64,000 nucleotides of DNA from Squalus acanthias. Its lineage: Eukaryota. The stretch is taken from NCBI GenBank assembly GCA_030390025.1, contig JASTWF010000033.1, forward strand, positions 6,202,001 through 6,266,000. Reading direction: 5' to 3'. Of the stretch, positions 61,669 through 64,000 are shown one piece after another (the first letter of the stretch is position 1; each line of letters begins with the position of its first letter). A program made the position numbers and the translations under genes. Under the pieces are notes generated by a model. It was not told the origin of the DNA and did not search any database. It worked only from the letters and a program-made list of their open reading frames with translations.

Positions 61669-62562
61669 ATGGGGAGGATATTTTGGTTGCTGTGTGACAC
61701 AGCGCTCCATCTCGAAAGGGCAGCAGGAACTCATGGGGAAGCATCCAGCGATTCAAGTTAGGACAGTCAGATTACCATTGCCCAGTAACTCCGCCCCAAG
61801 GTATCGCTCGGGAGGTTGCCCTCCGATCTATCAAGGGTATGTGCGACACACGTTGTTCAGGAATAGTCCGGGTAACCACATACACGGTCCAAGAAGGGAG
61901 GGGAATATGTATAAAGTGTAAGAGTGGGACAGTGAATCAGCCGCGTGTATGGTTCATTCAGGCAAAGGTGGGTGACAATACTAGCTACCGCCAGATAGGA
62001 GACCCTTGGGGATAGAATGGGAGAACAACTCAATCGGAAGTCCATGGGGAAACCATGTTGTGTTGGCCACGGTGGGGGCGGGAGCCTGAGGGTATATATG
62101 GATGTGTAAACCCTCGACCAGGCCTACTGAAGAATTAGGTCAATCTTGGGTCCGAATTCCCGGTTTGCAGCCTTTCTCCTGCGTTTGTGTCCGGTGCAGA
62201 AAATGCCCCCCCCCTTATCAATGGATGCTGGGTGAAAAGGAGGGAGGGCTGGGCCATGAAATGTGTGTTACTGATCATGTATCGGAATGTGAAAACCGAA
62301 CCATAGATACCAGAGAATTCAAATTGAAAGTCCGTTCTAAATTCCACCCACCCCCCGCAAATAAAACACAATCGCGGGAAGAACAAGAAGAAACCCGGGT
62401 TGTCTCCCAAACACACTCCGGGGCAGACAAATGGGTTAGTGGTAGTCCCAACTCGGGTATTATACCATGATGTGCCTCACAAGTTGGTGCCTGTGATATT
62501 AAATCTGACCGAGGTGGGAATACCGGACTGGTGCAACCCAGAAACAGCGCGATTATATGGGA
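61669..62562 (+). pseudogene. Putative env/surface glycoprotein N-terminal part (signal peptide, Ig-like domain, Cys-rich segment); decayed and cut by CR1
   Basis: MGRIFWLLC...AAG; VQEGRGICIKC-x10-W...LCWPRWGREPEGIYGC; RTRR in one frame near 62380; GLVVVPTRVLYHDVPHKLVPVILNLT...WC. Confidence 0.5.
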
Positions 62563-64000
62563 GTCATAGAGTCATAGAGTTATAAAGCACAGAAAGAGGT
62601 CCTTCGGCCCATCGTATCTGCGCCGGCCATCAAGCCCTATCTATTCTAATCCCATTTTCCTGCACTTGGTCCGTAGCCTTGTATGCTATGGCGTTTCAAG
62701 TGTTCATCTAAATGCTTCTTGAATGTTGTGAGGGTTCCTGCCTCTACCACCCTTTCAGGCAGTGAGTTCCAGATTCCAACCAAACTCTGGGTGAAAAAGT
62801 TTTTCCTCAAATCCCCTCTAAACCTGCTGCCCCTTACCTTGAAACTATGCCCCCTGGTTATTGAGCCCTCTACTAAGGGGAACAGTTCCTTTCTATCTAC
62901 CCTATCTATGCCCCTCATAATTTTGTACACCTCAATCAGGTCCCCCCCTCAGCCTTCTCTGCTCGAAGGAAACCAACCCCAGCCTGTCCAGTCTATCTTC
63001 ATAGCTGAAACGCTCCAGCCCAGGTAACACCCTGGTGAATCTCCTCTGCACCCTCTCTAATGTAATCACATCCTTCCTATAGTGTGGCGACCAGAACTGC
63101 ACACAATATTCCAGTTGTGGCCTAACTAGCGTTTTGCACAGCTCCATCATAACCTCCCTGCTCTTATATTCTATGCCTCGGCTAATGAAGGCAAGTATCC
63201 CATATGCCTTCTTAACTAACTTATCTACCTGTCTTGCTGCCTTCAGGGATCTATATACATGCACACCAAAGTCCCTCTGATCCTCTGTCCTTCCTAGGGT
63301 CCTACCATTCATTGTTTATTCCCTTGCCTTGATAGTCCTCCCAAAATGCATCACCTCACACTTTTCAGGGTTAAATTCCATTTGCCACTGTTGTGCCCAT
63401 CTGACCAACCCGTCTATATGGTCCTGTAGCCTAAGGCTTCCCTCCTCGCTATTTACCACTCCACCAATTTTCGTGTCCTCTGCGAACTTTCTGATCATAC
63501 CTCCTACATTCATATCTAAATCATTAATGCACACTACAAACAGCAAGGGACCCAGCACCGATCCCTGCGGTACACCACTGGACACATGCTTCCAGTCACA
63601 AAAACAACCTTCGACCATCACCCTCTGCCTCCTGCTACTAACCCAATTTTGGATCCAATGTGCCAAATTGGCCTGGATCACATAGGCTCTTACCTTCTTG
63701 ACAAGTCTCCCATACCGGACATTGTCAAAAGCCTTACAGAAGTCCATGTAGACCACATCAACTGTACTACCCTCATCCACACACCTAGTCACCTCCTCGA
63801 AAAATTCAATCAAATTGGTTAGACATGATCTCCCCCTGGCAAAGCCATGATGACTATCATTGATTAATCCTTGCCTCTCCAAGTGGAGAGTAATTCTGTC
63901 CCTCAGAATGTTTTCCAATAATTTCCCTACCACTGATGTTAGGCTCACTGGCCTGTAATTCCCTGCTTTATCCCGACTACCCTTCTTGAATAATGGTACT
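62563..64000 (-). mobile_element. CR1 LINE 3' part, running off the window; interrupts the env-like region
   Basis: ORFs 63316-63948 (QGSVLGP, FAED), 62932-63312 and 62646-62930; tail GAGTCATAGAGTCATAGAG at 62563. Confidence 0.9.

Larger units (their letters stand above)
53921..62562 (+). mobile_element. Decayed endogenous retrovirus-like provirus (5' LTR, PBS, gag, pro-pol, env-like); 3' part interrupted by CR1, no 3' LTR in the window
   Basis: PBS; Gag MHR and CCHC; PR DTG; RT; tether; RNase H; HHCC/DDE integrase; downstream candidate spliced ORF remnants. Confidence 0.9.

Noticed and set aside
53921..62562. Classification as a canonical foamy virus or a lentivirus
   Set aside because: MHR, CCHC and an in-frame gag-pro junction argue against foamy; the Lys3 PBS alone does not imply lentivirus and the RT motifs do not match.

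Overview
Eukaryotic, repeat-dominated vertebrate DNA, most likely from a cartilaginous fish (inferred from a Deu-domain tRNA-SINE, abundant CR1 LINEs with SGNH-esterase ORF1 and a GPR139-like receptor). About 1-18 kb is nested decayed LINEs. A 3.4-kb GA-rich tract follows, then two abutting satellites (29-bp G-rich, about 25.3-37.5 kb; 26-bp, about 37.5-44.1 kb). The one host gene is a two-exon GPR139-like GPCR with a frameshift before TM7. There are three PIF/Harbinger-type MITE insertions and several Penelope-derived sequences carrying minimal hammerhead ribozyme motifs. The main feature is a decayed endogenous retrovirus-like provirus (about 53.9-62.6 kb). It has a tRNA-Lys PBS, Gag with MHR/CCHC/PSAP, and an in-frame UGA-CGG gag-pro junction hidden by a Penelope insertion. 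Its Pol has an inactivated tether RNase H plus a second complete RNase H. A downstream env-like region with a candidate splice acceptor appears to begin with a signal peptide and an immunoglobulin-like domain. All calls are by eye; no database searches were run.
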